Shown here piece after piece: positions 11,941 through 24,643 of a stretch of 64,000 bases of DNA. Within the stretch, counting starts at the first letter, position 1. Every line of letters starts with the position of its first letter. The notes beneath the pieces were generated by a model. That model did not search any database. It was given only the letters and a program-made list of their open reading frames with translations, and was not told the DNA's origin. A program made the translations under genes and the position numbers. Source of the stretch: Eledone cirrhosa (taxonomy: Eukaryota); the NCBI GenBank assembly GCA_964016885.1, contig CAXHJY010001105.1, positions 186,001 to 250,000 of the forward strand, in the 5' to 3' direction.

Positions 11941-13160
11941 ATGTTATGTGAGATATTATGTGAGGTAAAGCCTTTACTGTGACAATACAATAGTATATAT
12001 AGAGTAATGTAAATGTTATGTGAGATATTATGTGAGGTAAAGCCTTTACTGTGAAAATACAATAGTATATATAGAGTAATGTAAATGTTATGTGAGATAT
12101 TATGTGAGGTAAAGCCTTTACTGTGACAATACAATAGTATATATAGAGTAATGTGAATGTTATGTGAGATATTATGTGAGGTAAAGCCTTTACTGTGAAA
12201 ATACAATAGTATATATAGAGTAATGTAAATGTTATGTGAGATATTATGTGAGGTAAAGCCTTTACTGTGAAAATACAATAGTATATATAGAGTAATGTAA
12301 ATGTTATGAGATATTATGTGAGGTAAAGCCTTTACTGTGAAAATACAATAGTATATATAGAGTAATGTAAATGTTATGTGAGATATTATGTGAGGTAAAG
12401 CCTTTACTGTGAAAATACAATAGTATATATAGAGTAATGTAAATGTTATGTGAGATATTATGTGAGGTAAAGCCTTTACTGTGAAAATACAATAGTATAT
12501 ATAGAGTAATGTAAATGTTATGAGATATTATGTGAGGTAAAGCCTTTACTGTGAAAATACAATAGTATATATAGAGTAATGTAAATGTTATGTGAGATAT
12601 TATGTGAGGTAAAGCCTTTACTGTGAAAATACAAAAGTATATATAGAGTAATGTAAATGTTATGTGAGATATTATGTGAGGTAAAGCCTTTACTGTGAAA
12701 ATACAATAGTATATATAGAGTAATGTAAATGTTATGTGAGATATTATGTGAGGTAAAGCCTTTACTGTGAAAATACAATAGTATATATAGAGTAATGTAA
12801 ATGTTATGAGATATTATGTGAGGTAAAGCCTTTACTGTGAAAATACAATAGTATATATAGAGTAATGTAAATGTTATGTGAGATATTATGTGAGGTAAAG
12901 CCTTTACTGTGAAAATACAATAGTATATATAGAGTAATGTAAATGTTATGTGAGATATTATGTGAGGTAAAGCCTTTACTGTGAAAATACAATAGTATAT
13001 ATAGAGTAATGTAAATGTTATGAGATATTATGTGAGGTAAAGCCTTTACTGTGAAAATACAATAGTATATATAGAGTAATGTAAATGTTATGTGAGATAT
13101 TATGTGAGGTAAAGCCTTTACTGTGAAAATACACTAGTATATATAGAGTAATATAAATGC
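11941..13160. repeat. 72-bp minisatellite, right part
   Basis: Same unit as 5453-6286, resuming directly after the LINE 5' end. Confidence 0.97.
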
Positions 13161-13234
13161 TAAATGGTGGAAGAACATCTCAAAAACTTGACAAACCAGT
13201 GTCACTGGTCAGAGGTTGCTGGTCTAATACTCAC

Positions 13235-13461
13235 CCTTGGAGCCTGGCAAGATATGGTAGCCAAAGTCGTAGCTCTTCAATATTCTCAACATACTGCTGT
13301 AGACGTTCCATGTGTCGTGAGCAATATAGATGTCTTCATTGCCTGGCAACACCTTAACCAGGGCCGAGCAGGACCCAGAACCTAACGGAGACTGGTACTG
13401 AGTTGTTGTGATATCTAGGGCCTTCTTGATGTCTTCAAGTTCTGGGAAAAACTGGTCCCAA
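13235..13461 (-). CDS. PLBD2: Phospholipase B-like 2 exon with the catalytic Ntn-hydrolase cysteine ([10 protein letters not shown]...AHDTW...MLRILK)
   Basis: LED...[14 protein letters not shown]...AH.TW motif; CAG acceptor ending at 13462, GTGAGT donor at 13234; phases 2 and 1 fit both neighbouring exons. Confidence 0.93.
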
Positions 13462-14393
13462 CTGTTGTGATGATGGTGATGATGGTGGCAGAGAAAGAGA
13501 AAAAGAAGAAAGTGAGAGATAAAGAATATATATACGGGATAACAGATTATTGTTATAGGTAGTCCACTTAGGTGTAGTCCAGTTAGGGTACTCCGAGTAG
13601 TGGATGATATCAACGCTTGGCTAAGTCTGACTCAACAAGGTGTTTCCATAGTGATGCTGCGAGTACGCGGTGATTTCTATGTTGTAAACAGTTGGAGTAA
13701 TGATAAATCAGGAAAGACGAGTGACACGGTTTGCTATACAAAAAAGGTTTTTAATCTCATTGCTGACAATTGTTTCTCTGAACTGGTAGGTCTAGAGATC
13801 GCTACCCGCTTGTTTTCACGTCATTCGATCACCAATAAATAGTTATAACCAATCAATTCATCAGAGCTAGCGAGAATGAAGGGAATACACAGGCATGGCT
13901 TCTATATATAGTAGTAATGGCATTCAATCAGAACAATAACAACAATACTAACAATGCTAGCAATAAATTATTTGAAATAATCACAACATCAATCTAAGTA
14001 AGACATATAGTATATCTACGACTTTAGCATGTAAAACGAGCTGACATGAGGCAGATGTATGAAATTGACATGTAAAAGCTGTCATGGATGTATTATATAT
14101 AGTGTAGAGATAAGCTGGTGGCTTTAAACAATGTACCATTTCCTTTACCGTAGATCTGGTGACCGTAAGAATTATTTATTATCTGACAAATGAAATGTTT
14201 ATCATTGTCGTGAGGATAGTAATATTTGTGGTGTGAGGTGGATTCAATATTTATGTGGTCTATATTAGATGAAGGGGTTGTTAGTTCGAATAATAGGTTG
14301 TTTATCTTTCACATCATCAATAACATACATGTATAAGATAACATTAACAGAGTAGCAATATAATAGGTAAGTTAATACAGAGGTTAAGGAGGC

Positions 14394-14489
<96 letters not shown>

Positions 14490-14651
14490 AGAAAACATGC
14501 TGACTACAATTATAACAGGAGGAAGGTGATGTTTTACTGTAGTAGTATTCTGAAAATGTACTTGGATTTAGGTTCATTTGTTGAGAGTCAAGGGTGAGGA
14601 AGTTGTGTTGACAGCAGCTGAGTATATATATATATATATATATGTATATAT

Positions 14652-15034
14652 ACTAGCCAAATTACCCGCACCTTGCTACGTTTCACACATTTTTTTATAA
14701 GAAAATGATGATTGATTTTAAATCACTGATATAATTTATGGAGAAAAACTCCATTAGGGTGTCTTAATATTATTGAAATTTGCTGAAATTTTGTAAATAG
14801 GCATCTTATCTTGTTATTTACCTATGGTTTAAATTTCATATAAATCTAAGGGAAAAAATTCTCAGCAGGGGTTCCCAGCGGGGGTTTGTGCCCATTGATT
14901 AAAATGAAATATACTTATCCAAGTACCCTGGGCAATGTAGTTTCAGAATATATATGGTTATGGGGGTCTATCTCCAAAACCATAGGAGGAGTTTGTGAAC
15001 AAACAAACAAACAGACAGGAACTACAACTTTATA
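14652..15034 (+). mobile_element. Probable non-autonomous Helitron/HINE-like element
   Basis: Starts actagcc..acccg..gctacg, has a (caaa)n tract near the 3' end, ends actttatat, and sits in (TA)n; this layout resembles Lep1/HINE-type elements. Confidence 0.5.
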
Positions 15035-15660
15035 TCATCATCATCATCATTTTACGTCCGTTCTTCCACGCTAGCATGGATTAGACGGGTTGTCCTGTTG
15101 TGGGCAGTGTCCGGTCGGCTGACCTTGTCTTGCTTATATGAGAACTGATTCTGGCTTGATTTCTACAGCCGAATCTCCTTCCTAACACCAACTGAGTAAT
15201 TTTTGTTGTGACACCTACACAACCACTTTACAGTGTGGACTGGGTAATTTTTGTAGTGACACCTACATGACCACTTTACAGTGTAGACTGGGTAATTTTT
15301 GTAGTGACACCTACATGACCACTTTACAGTGTGGACTGGGTTCTATTTGTTGTGACACCTACATGACCACTTTACAGTGTGGACTGGGTCCATTTTGTTG
15401 TGACACCTACATGACCACTTTACAGTGTGGACTGGGTACTTTTTGTTGTGACACCTACACAACCACTTTTTGTCATGTCACCTACAGGCGCATGGCTTAG
15501 TGGTTAGAGCATTGGGCTTGCAATCGAAAGGTTGTGAGTTCAATTCTCGGACCGGGTGATGTGTTGTGTCCTTGAGCATGGCGCCAAAGGTCTTGATCCA
15601 GTGTCATTGTCTTAGAGAGGTGTAGGTGAGCAAGGTTCTTTGAGTCACAAATGCTCCCTA
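15035..15660. mobile_element. Composite of RTE/SINE 3' fragment, internal 48-bp tandem (~6x, 15200-15480) and a + strand SINE head (15486-15578)
   Basis: (atc)n tail on minus; repeats of gtgacacctacatgaccactttacagtgtggactggg; head ggcgcatggcttagtggttagagc nearly identical to 2774. Confidence 0.75.
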
Positions 15661-15787
15661 CTTCCCAGATAACTAACAGTGACTACATAACAACAACAAA
15701 GATAAATTCACCTCCCGTCTCCAGGCAAGCTCTCCTCTTTATTTCAGACATGGAAGACCAAGACCAACATAATTTCGTCCTCTACAG

Positions 15788-16955
15788 CCCTCCCTGTGCC
15801 CCCATCTCATCCTTACTCCCACCCTGTGCCCCCATCTCATCCTTACTCCCTCCCTGTGCCCCCATCCCATCCTTACTCCCTCCCTGTGGCCCCCTCCCAT
15901 CCTTACTCCCTCCCTGTGCCCCCTCCCATCCTTACTCCCTCCCTGTGCCCCCCTCCCATCCTTACTCCCTCCCTGTGCCCCCTCCCATCCTTACTCCCTC
16001 CCTGTGCCCCCTCCCATCCTTACTCCCTCCCTGTGGCCCCCTCCCATCCTTACTCCCTCCCTGTGCCCCCTCCCATCCTTACTCCCTCCCTGTGCCCCCT
16101 CCCATCCTTACTCCCTCCCTGTGCCCCCTCCCATCCTTACTCCCTCCCTGTGCCCCCCTCCCATCCTTACTCCCTCCCTGTGCCCCCCTCCCATCCTTAC
16201 TCCCTCCCTGTGCCCCCTCCCATCCTTACTCCCTCCCTGTGCCCCCTCCCATCCTTACTCCCTCCCTGTGGCCCCCTCCCATCCTTACTCCCTCCCTGTG
16301 GCCCCCTCCCATCCTTACTCCCTCCCTGTGCCCCCCTCCCATCCTTACTCCCTCCCTGTTCCCCCTCCCATCCTTACTCCCTCCCTGTGCCCCCCTCCCA
16401 TCCTTACTCCCTCCCTGTGGCCCCCTCCCATCCTTACTCCCTCCCTGTGCCCCCCTCCCATCCTTACTCCCTCCCTGTGGCCCCCTCCCATCCTTACTCC
16501 CTCCCTGTGCCCCCCTCCCATCCTTACTCCCTCCCTGTGGCCCCCTCCCATCCTTACTCCCTCCCTGTGCCCCCCTCCCATCCTTACTCCCTCCCTGTTC
16601 CCCCTCCCATCCTTACTCCCTCCCTGTGCCCCCCTCCCATCCTTACTCCCTCCCTGTGGCCCCCTCCCATCCTTACTCCCTCCCTGTGCCCCCCTCCCAT
16701 CCTTACTCCCTCCCTGTGGCCCCCTCCCATCCTTACTCCCTCCCTGTGCCCCCCTCCCATCCTTACTCCCTCCCTGTGGCCCCCTCCCATCCTTACTCCC
16801 TCCCTGTGCCCCCCTCCCATCCTTACTCCCTCCCTGTGGCCCCCTCCCATCCTTACTCCCTCCCTGTGCCCCCCTCCCATCCTTACTCCCTCCCTGTGGC
16901 CCCCTCCCATCCTTACTCCCTCCCTGTGCCCCCCTCCCATCCTTACTCCCTCCCA
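15788..16955. repeat. 29-30-bp C-rich minisatellite
   Basis: About 39 copies of ccctccctgtgcccccctcccatccttact. Confidence 0.97.
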
Positions 16956-16984
16956 GCAGCATATATTTATCCGGAGTAGTATTA

Positions 16985-17525
16985 TAATAATAATTGTTTC
17001 TACTTTAGGCACAAGGCCAGCAATTACCCCAGTGTATTACTGGTACTTTATTTTATCAACCCTGTAATAACTGTTTCTACTTTAGGCACAAGGCCAGCAA
17101 TTACCCCAGTGTGTTACTGGTACTTTATTTTATAAACCCTGTAATAACTGTTTCTACTTTAGGCACAAGGCCAGCAATTACTCAGTGCATTACTGGTACT
17201 TTATTTTATCAACCCCCGTAAGGATGAAAGGCAAAGTTAACCTCGTCGGGATTTGAACTCAGATCATAAAGGGAGGTAACTCTATGCGTCAAAGCATGGC
17301 GTCCGACCCTCTACCGATACTGCCAATCCACGGCCCTTTATTATTATACTAATGATTGCGCACAAGGCCAGCAATTTTGGGGGAGGGGAAAGTCGATTAA
17401 ATCTACCCCAGTGCGTAACTGGTACTTTATTTTTACCTTTCATCCTTGCGGGGTCGATAAAATAAAGTACCAGTAATGCACTGGAGTAATTGCTGGCTTT
17501 ATGCCAAAAGTAGAAACAATTATTT
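16985..17525. mobile_element. Nested tRNA-derived SINE fragments (Nin/Deu-like domain) with ~72-bp tandem triplication
   Basis: aggatgaaaggcaaagttaacctcg..ggatttgaactc (minus-strand B box), a + strand ctttcatcctt..ggggtcgataaaataaagtacc piece, and 3 copies of tttctactttaggcacaaggccagcaattac. Confidence 0.7.
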
Positions 17526-17574
17526 CATGTGTATATATATATATATATATATATAACGGAGGAAATGTGGTAAG

Positions 17575-17790
17575 GAACCAGGTGGACCATAATGCACCAA
17601 AGTACTCAATACTTAGGGTAGTAGAGTGGGTAATAGGAATGAGTAGGACCCCGACGGCTGAGCTCAAGCCGTTTCGATGGCTAATTCTGGACTAAATTAT
17701 TTCGACGGCTAATTCTGGACAGTTATTTAGTCCAGAATTAGCCGTCGATACGGCTTGAGCTCAGCCGTCGGGGTCCTACTCGTTCCTATA
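17575..17790. mobile_element. Fold-back element, copy 1 (likely Penelope pseudo-LTR derivative)
   Basis: Long inverted repeat with a hammerhead 3' half (GAAACGGC..GCCGTC on minus); near-identical to 18881-19096. Confidence 0.65.
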
Positions 17791-17810
17791 TATATATATA
17801 TTTATATATA

Positions 17811-18106
17811 TCATCATCATCATCATTTTACGTCCGCTTTTCCCTGCTTGCAAGGGTGGGACAATATATATATATACAGTTTACTCAGCTGTAGAAATGA
17901 GATGATAGGGACTGGGGTCTCTATCATTCCACTGCAAAGTGGTCGTGGAGGTGCCACGGCAAAAAAGCACCTAGCACTCACTGTAAATGAGGTTGGTGTT
18001 AGGAAGGGCATCCAGCTGTAGAAATCAAGCCAGAATCAGTTCCCGTCCCACCCTTGCAAGCATGTAAAAAGCGGACGTAAAATGAAATGATGATGATGAT
18101 GATGAT
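17811..18106. mobile_element. SINE 3' half (+) preceded by an inverted tail fragment
   Basis: 17878-18106 matches the 3' part of 2774-3111; 17811-17862 is a reverse-complement tail. Confidence 0.75.
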
Positions 18107-18149
18107 ACTAAAAGTCTAAAGTCTGTTTTAAGCCAGAAGGCTCATTTGG

Positions 18150-18849
18150 CTGTCGCCTATCCCAGTTTCATGGTGTGAAGTGACTGAGAGTACAAGACTC
18201 CCCCCTGGACAAGATGCCAGTCCATCACAGGGTTTATCCTCTAGTTATTACTGGTACTCATTTTCAGCTGAGAATACTGGAGCAATGTGAAATGAAGTGT
18301 TTTGCTCAATAATTGTGCTCATAATTTGGCATCAATAATATATTGGTTGGATGCCCTTCCTAACACTAGCACCACTTTACAGCATGGACTGGGTGGTTTT
18401 ATTGTGCCACTGGCACTAGAGAGGTTGTCTTACTGGACTCAGGGGCCCTCTCCACGCCATACTTTGGCATGGTTCTTAATAGCTGAATGTTACTACCATT
18501 ACCTCCACGTTACAGCATGGACCAGGTGCTTTTATTCGTGCCACCAGCATTAGGGAAGTCGTCTTACTGGACTTAGGGGGCTTTTCCTAAACGTGTGTAT
18601 ATATATATATATATACACATATATATATCAACAAGATCCTAGACATCATTTGCTTAACGAGTTGGGTGGAGCTTGTCAAATTGGTCTTTCCAATTACTAA
18701 TACTCTCTATCGGTCGTAACTCCATGTAGAAGGAGCAACGTGAAATAAAGTGTCTTGCTCAAGGACATAATGCATCGCCCGGTCCTAGAACTGAAATCAC
18801 AACCTCACGATTGCAAATCCAATTCCCTAACCACTCAGCCACACGCCTT

Positions 18850-18850
<1 letters not shown>
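18150..18850 (-). mobile_element. Degenerate SINE fragments
   Basis: cagctgag..ggagcaatgtgaaatgaagtg and gtgtcttgctcaagg are the reverse of the CORE-like body; tRNA-like head near 18780-18848. Confidence 0.6.
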
Positions 18851-18880
<30 letters not shown>

Positions 18881-18881
<1 letters not shown>

Positions 18882-19096
18882 ACGAAGGAAATGCGGTAAG
18901 GAACCAGATGGACCATAACGCACCAAAGTACTCAATACTTAGGGTAGTAGAGTGGGTAATAGGAATGAGTAGGACCCCGACGGCTGAGCTGAAGCCGTTT
19001 CGACGGCTAATTCTGGACTAAAAATGAACTTTTTTAGTCCAGAATTAGCCGTCGAAACGGCTTGAGCTCAGCCGTGGGGGTCCTACTCGTTCCTAT
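18881..19096. mobile_element. Fold-back element, copy 2
   Basis: ~65-bp arms (18959-19024 / 19031-19096) around a 6-nt loop; flanked by (TA)n. Confidence 0.65.
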
Positions 19097-19497
19097 ATAT
19101 ATATATATATATCATCACCGTTTTACGTTCGTTCTTCCACGATAGCATGGGTTAGACGGGTTGTCCTGTTGTGGGCAGTGTCTGGTCGGTTGACCATGCC
19201 TTGCTCATACAGGAAATGATTTTGGCTTGATTTCTACAGCTGGATGCCCTTCCTAACACCAACCTCATTTACAGTGAGTGCTGGGTGCTTTTTTGCCGTG
19301 GCACCTCCACGACCACCTTGCAGTGGGGGGGGGGGGCATATTGTCTATATGCTTCAGCTTGTACCCATGGGAGGTTGGGTACTCTGTATTACTGTGTGAC
19401 GCCAGAGGTCACGGTCGCGTGTCATCGCCTTTGAGAGGTGTAATTGGGTAAGGTCGGCTTTTGTCACCTCATCCCCAAGATGACCTGTATATATATA

Positions 19498-19905
19498 TTA
19501 TCATCATTTCATTTTACGTCCACTTTTCCCTGCTTGCAAGGGTGGGACGGGAACTGATTCTGGCTTGATTTCTACAGCTGGATGCCCTTCCTAACACCAA
19601 CCTCATTTACAGTGAGGGCTGGGTGCTTTTTTGCCGTGGCACCTCCACGACCACTTTACAGTGAGTGCTGGGTGCTTTTTTGCTGTGGCACCTCCACGAC
19701 CACTTTACAGTGTGGGCTGGGTGCTTTTTTGCCGTGGCACCTCCACGACCACTTTGCAGTGGAATGATAGGGACCCCAGTCCCTATCATCTCATTTCTAC
19801 AGCTGAGTAAACTGGAGCAATGTGAAATAAAGTGTCTTGCTCAAGGAAACAACACATCACCCGGTCTGAGAATTGAACTCACAACCTTTTGATTGCAAGG
19901 CCAAA
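19498..19905 (-). mobile_element. tRNA-derived SINE of the 2774 family with internal 49-bp triplication
   Basis: Reverse complement of 2774-3111; tail identical over 41 nt to the RTE end at 28621-28661. Confidence 0.85.
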
Positions 19906-19910
19906 AGGTT

Positions 19911-19967
<57 letters not shown>

Positions 19968-20040
19968 GTGTATATAACGAGAGAAAGAGAGAGAGGGGCG
20001 AGAGAAAGAGAGATAGAGGAAGAAAAAAGTTAATAATTAC

Positions 20041-20126
20041 TAGAGTTCTGGTAGACATCCTTGACATATGTTTTTAGTGTGGTATACAGATATCATGCCA
20101 TCCAGTTGGTATAGATATAGGTTGAC
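20041..20126 (-). CDS. PLBD2: Phospholipase B-like 2 exon (VNLYLYQLDGMISVYHTKNICQGCLPEL)
   Basis: Not in the ORF track. tctctctcaacag acceptor, GTAATT donor; 86 nt in phase 0/2 joins 13461 in frame (TA+T=Tyr); V.L...QL.G pattern matches the segment before the catalytic exon in PLBD2. Confidence 0.8.
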
Positions 20127-20410
20127 CTGTTGAGAGAGAGACAGTTATATACATATATATATATATAGTTTATGTACATTTTTTCTTCTAACTTCTATTT
20201 TGTACCTAATTCCGTGTAGTTAACTATTTGTCTAGTCAATTTCTACAGGGTAGAAGGAATATTAGGTAAATATCAGGGAGCTGTACATCGTGGAAAAGAA
20301 ACTGTATCATTTGTCTATTATTTCTTCATAAGTACATTTTAAACTTATAGCCTCGTTTAAATGATTTATTGTGTGGTTGATTTATACTGATTGGGAGAAG
20401 AAATACTGTA

Positions 20411-20995
20411 TCATCATCATCATCATCATCGTTTAACATCCATCTTCCAGGCTTGCATGGGTTTGGCCGGGAGTTTTCCCACTTGAGGCAAGAGTGGTTG
20501 TCTTGCTCGCATAGGACTGTCTGGCGGGTTTTATACAGCTGGATGCCCTTCCTAACACCAACCACGTTTACAGTGTGGGGCTGGGAGGTTTTTACCGTGT
20601 TGCCTACACAGCCACATTACAGCGTGGACTGTCTGGCGGGTTTTCTACAGCTGGATGCCCTTCCTAACACCAACCACATTTACAGTGTGGAACTGGGAGG
20701 TTTTTACCGTGTTGCCTACATGGCCACATTACAGCGTGGACTGTGTGTTTTTTGTCGTGACACCTACACAATCTCATTTGTTTCGGCCTGGATGTTGTGG
20801 CACCAACATAACTTTACATTGAAAGGGGCGGTGTGGATAGGGTGGGGGTGGTGGGACGGGGGTGTATTTTGTTAGAGATGCCTACTGACTGTAGTAGGTT
20901 TTACTTTGTATTTAGGTAAGGCGGGTCTTCTCTATTACTGAGTACCGCCAAAGGTCTCGGTCCAGTGACATTGTCTTGGAGAGGTGTAAGTGTGT
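20411..20995 (-). mobile_element. 5'-truncated copy of the RTE family at 25228-28270 (3' UTR + ORF end)
   Basis: Near-identical to 25228-25710, with an extra internal duplication. Confidence 0.88.
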
Positions 20996-21346
20996 ATATT
21001 TACTAATGATTCTTTGGACTTACATTTATATATATTGCTTTGATTATTAATTATTTAATTAATTCTTCATTGAGCCACACCGTGAATGGTTACCAAAAAC
21101 ATATATATATATAACTTTGTCTAATTTTTATATATATACCCTTTAAATTTTATATATATACTCCCGTAAGGTTGAGTAAAACTTTAGGCAGTATTCGGCT
21201 GCGCTTTCTAGCAACCAGTCTACTCGCCGACAGGCACCAATCACAAACTTTCTGCCTTGACCACTGGCCACATGATGGTTCTTAGCCATTTTGAATTCAT
21301 TTCTGGCAGGGATCATGGTAGAAAAATCTTAGTCCAGTCTGGGGTA

Positions 21347-21429
21347 TCTCCTGATGAGTTCCAAGCCTCGTGGATTTTTCCAAGACTGGGTATATCCCAA
21401 AAGCGGAACGAAATCACCGGTGGTAGAGA
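21347..21429 (+). ncRNA. Type I hammerhead ribozyme with extended stem II
   Basis: TCTC-CTGATGA-GTTCC...GGAAC-GAAA-TCACCGGTGGT-A-GAGA: intact core, stems I-III pair, GUA cleavage triplet. Confidence 0.8.
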
Positions 21430-21732
21430 CTATGAGAATTTTGGTAAAATTTATGTGCATTTTTTCTTCTAACTTCGATTTTGTACCTAATTCCGTGTAG
21501 TTAACTATTTGTCTAGTCAATTTCTACAGGCTAGAAGAAATAATTAGATAAGTGTCATATGGCTGTACATCGCGGAAAATAATCTGTATCATTTGTCTAT
21601 TATTTCTTCATAAGTACATTTTAAACTTATAGCCTTGTTTGATTTTTTATGTGGTTAATTTATACTGATTGGGAGAGGAAATACTGTATAAATTTATCTA
21701 ATGATTCTTTGGACTTATATTTATATATATAT

Positions 21733-21891
21733 AACGTGGTTGGTGTTAGGAAGGGCATCCAGCCATAGAAAAGCCACCAGACAGTCCTATGCGAGCAAGA
21801 CAACCACTCTTGCCTCAAGTGGGAAAACTCCCCTCCAAACCCATGCGAGCGTGAAATATGGACGTTAAACGTTGATGATGATGATGATGAT
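21733..21891 (+). mobile_element. RTE/SINE 3'-end fragment
   Basis: Reverse complement of 25228-25385-like sequence with a (gat)n tail. Confidence 0.8.
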
Positions 21892-21974
21892 ATGTTATTC
21901 CGGGTTGAATCGGAGGTAACCACAGTAAGTAAGGTACTCAATACATAGCAGAGTATAAAAGTTTTAATATAGAT

Positions 21975-22027
21975 GAGATTCTACAGGACTAGAACTGTTT
22001 CATTCTTTAGAAATCATCAGGAATCTC
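21975..22027 (-). ncRNA. Type I hammerhead ribozyme within a 54-bp perfect inverted repeat
   Basis: Minus strand GAGATTC-CTGATGA-TTTCTAAAGAAT-GAA-ACAG-TTCTAGTC-CTGT-A-GAATCTC; 7-bp stem I, 4-bp stem III. Confidence 0.8.
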
Positions 22028-22716
22028 TGATGATTTCTAAAGAATGAAACAGTTCTAGTCCTGTAGAATCTCATCTATATAAATATATATATATATATAA
22101 CCAAAGATTAATATGGTTCGTTGATTATTCAACGAATACAATTTTACAATAGATTAAAAGCACTCTACTTCATATTTTCCTTTTCCTTTTCTTCGTTTTT
22201 CTTTATTCCCCTCCGTTTTCTCTTTATTCTTCCCACATCTTCCCTTTCTTTGGTTTTTATTCCTCTTTTCTCTTACTTCTTTTTTTCTTCTTTTATTCAT
22301 TTATTCATTTATTTATTTATTTATTCATTTATTTATTGGTTTATTTCTTGCCTTTTCCTCTTCTTTGCATCCCCCTTCTATATTTCTACCTTGCTCTACA
22401 TCCTTTACTTCTTTAAGTTTATCATATTATTTGTGGTATAAAAACGTTGTGATTTGATGAAATAAAGCACTGCCAATACTGGAATTGAATAATCAAAACC
22501 GTAGCGGCATGTCACATATCAAATCATATATTTTATCTGATGAAAACGTACTTAAACACCATTGTACCTTTGAAATATGTATAATAAAATATATATTTTG
22601 ATTATGAGAATATTTTTCATTTATTAACATTTTGAATAATATATATATATATATATATATTTCGTTTCTGAATTTGTTTAGCAAGATTCTTTATCTGAAA
22701 TCGTGTGTTGAAACCG

Positions 22717-23204
22717 ATATTGTTATACTTTGGGAGGGTCATGTTGCCAATAAGAAACACACGCACCAGTTGCTTTCACTTCAATTTATTATATATATTA
22801 TATATATTATATATATATATTATATATATATATATTATATATATATATATATTATATATATAAATAAATAAACAAATAGATAAATGAACATAAACACACA
22901 CAGACACCCGGATGTGGCGCATGCGCAAACTGAGCACACAACACACACACAGAAACAAAATGGCGTAGGACAGAACAAAGGAAAGGCACAGAAACAAAGA
23001 AAGGAATCCCCAGTCACTGAAGAGGTCACAGTGTGTGACGAAAGGACTATGACTATATATAAACAACTATCTGGTTGTGGAACCAACCAACCAACCAGAA
23101 ATTTATAAATTTATAAATTTGTAAATTTATAAATATATAATAAATTGAAGTGAAAGCAACTGGTGCGTGTGTTTCTTATTGGCAACATGACCCTCCCAAA
23201 GTAT

Positions 23205-23212
<8 letters not shown>
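22717..23212. repeat. ~80-bp inverted repeat pair (22717-22796 / 23133-23212)
   Basis: atattgttatactttgggagggtcatgttgcc...caatttattatatat and its reverse complement. Confidence 0.88.
23012..23054 (+). ncRNA. Minimal hammerhead ribozyme (possibly decayed)
   Basis: AGTCA-CTGAAGA-G-GTCAC-AGTGT-GTGAC-GAA-AGGACT-A-TGACT; 5-bp stems I and II, 2-bp stem III. Confidence 0.65.
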
Positions 23213-24480
<1,268 letters not shown>

Positions 24481-24643
24481 AGTATTTACGTATCGACAAA
24501 GAGAAAAAAAAGTGGGGTATAGGTGATACATATAGTTATTTGCCAAGTAGCGTATGCCAAAGGTGCTCGATACTAGTGCCGGCAGTATTATATATTCGAA
24601 GTGTTAATATTTAGTGGGCTAGAGAGTTAGCAGAGCGTAAGCA

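Noticed and set aside
13462-13613. N-terminal extension of ORF 13224-13613 with poly-His
   Set aside because: It lies upstream of the CAG acceptor at 13462, in intronic pyrimidine and (cat)n sequence.
22461-22560. Possible upstream PLBD2 exon ending in YWQ
   Set aside because: In-frame TGA just upstream, no donor site and no other family motif.
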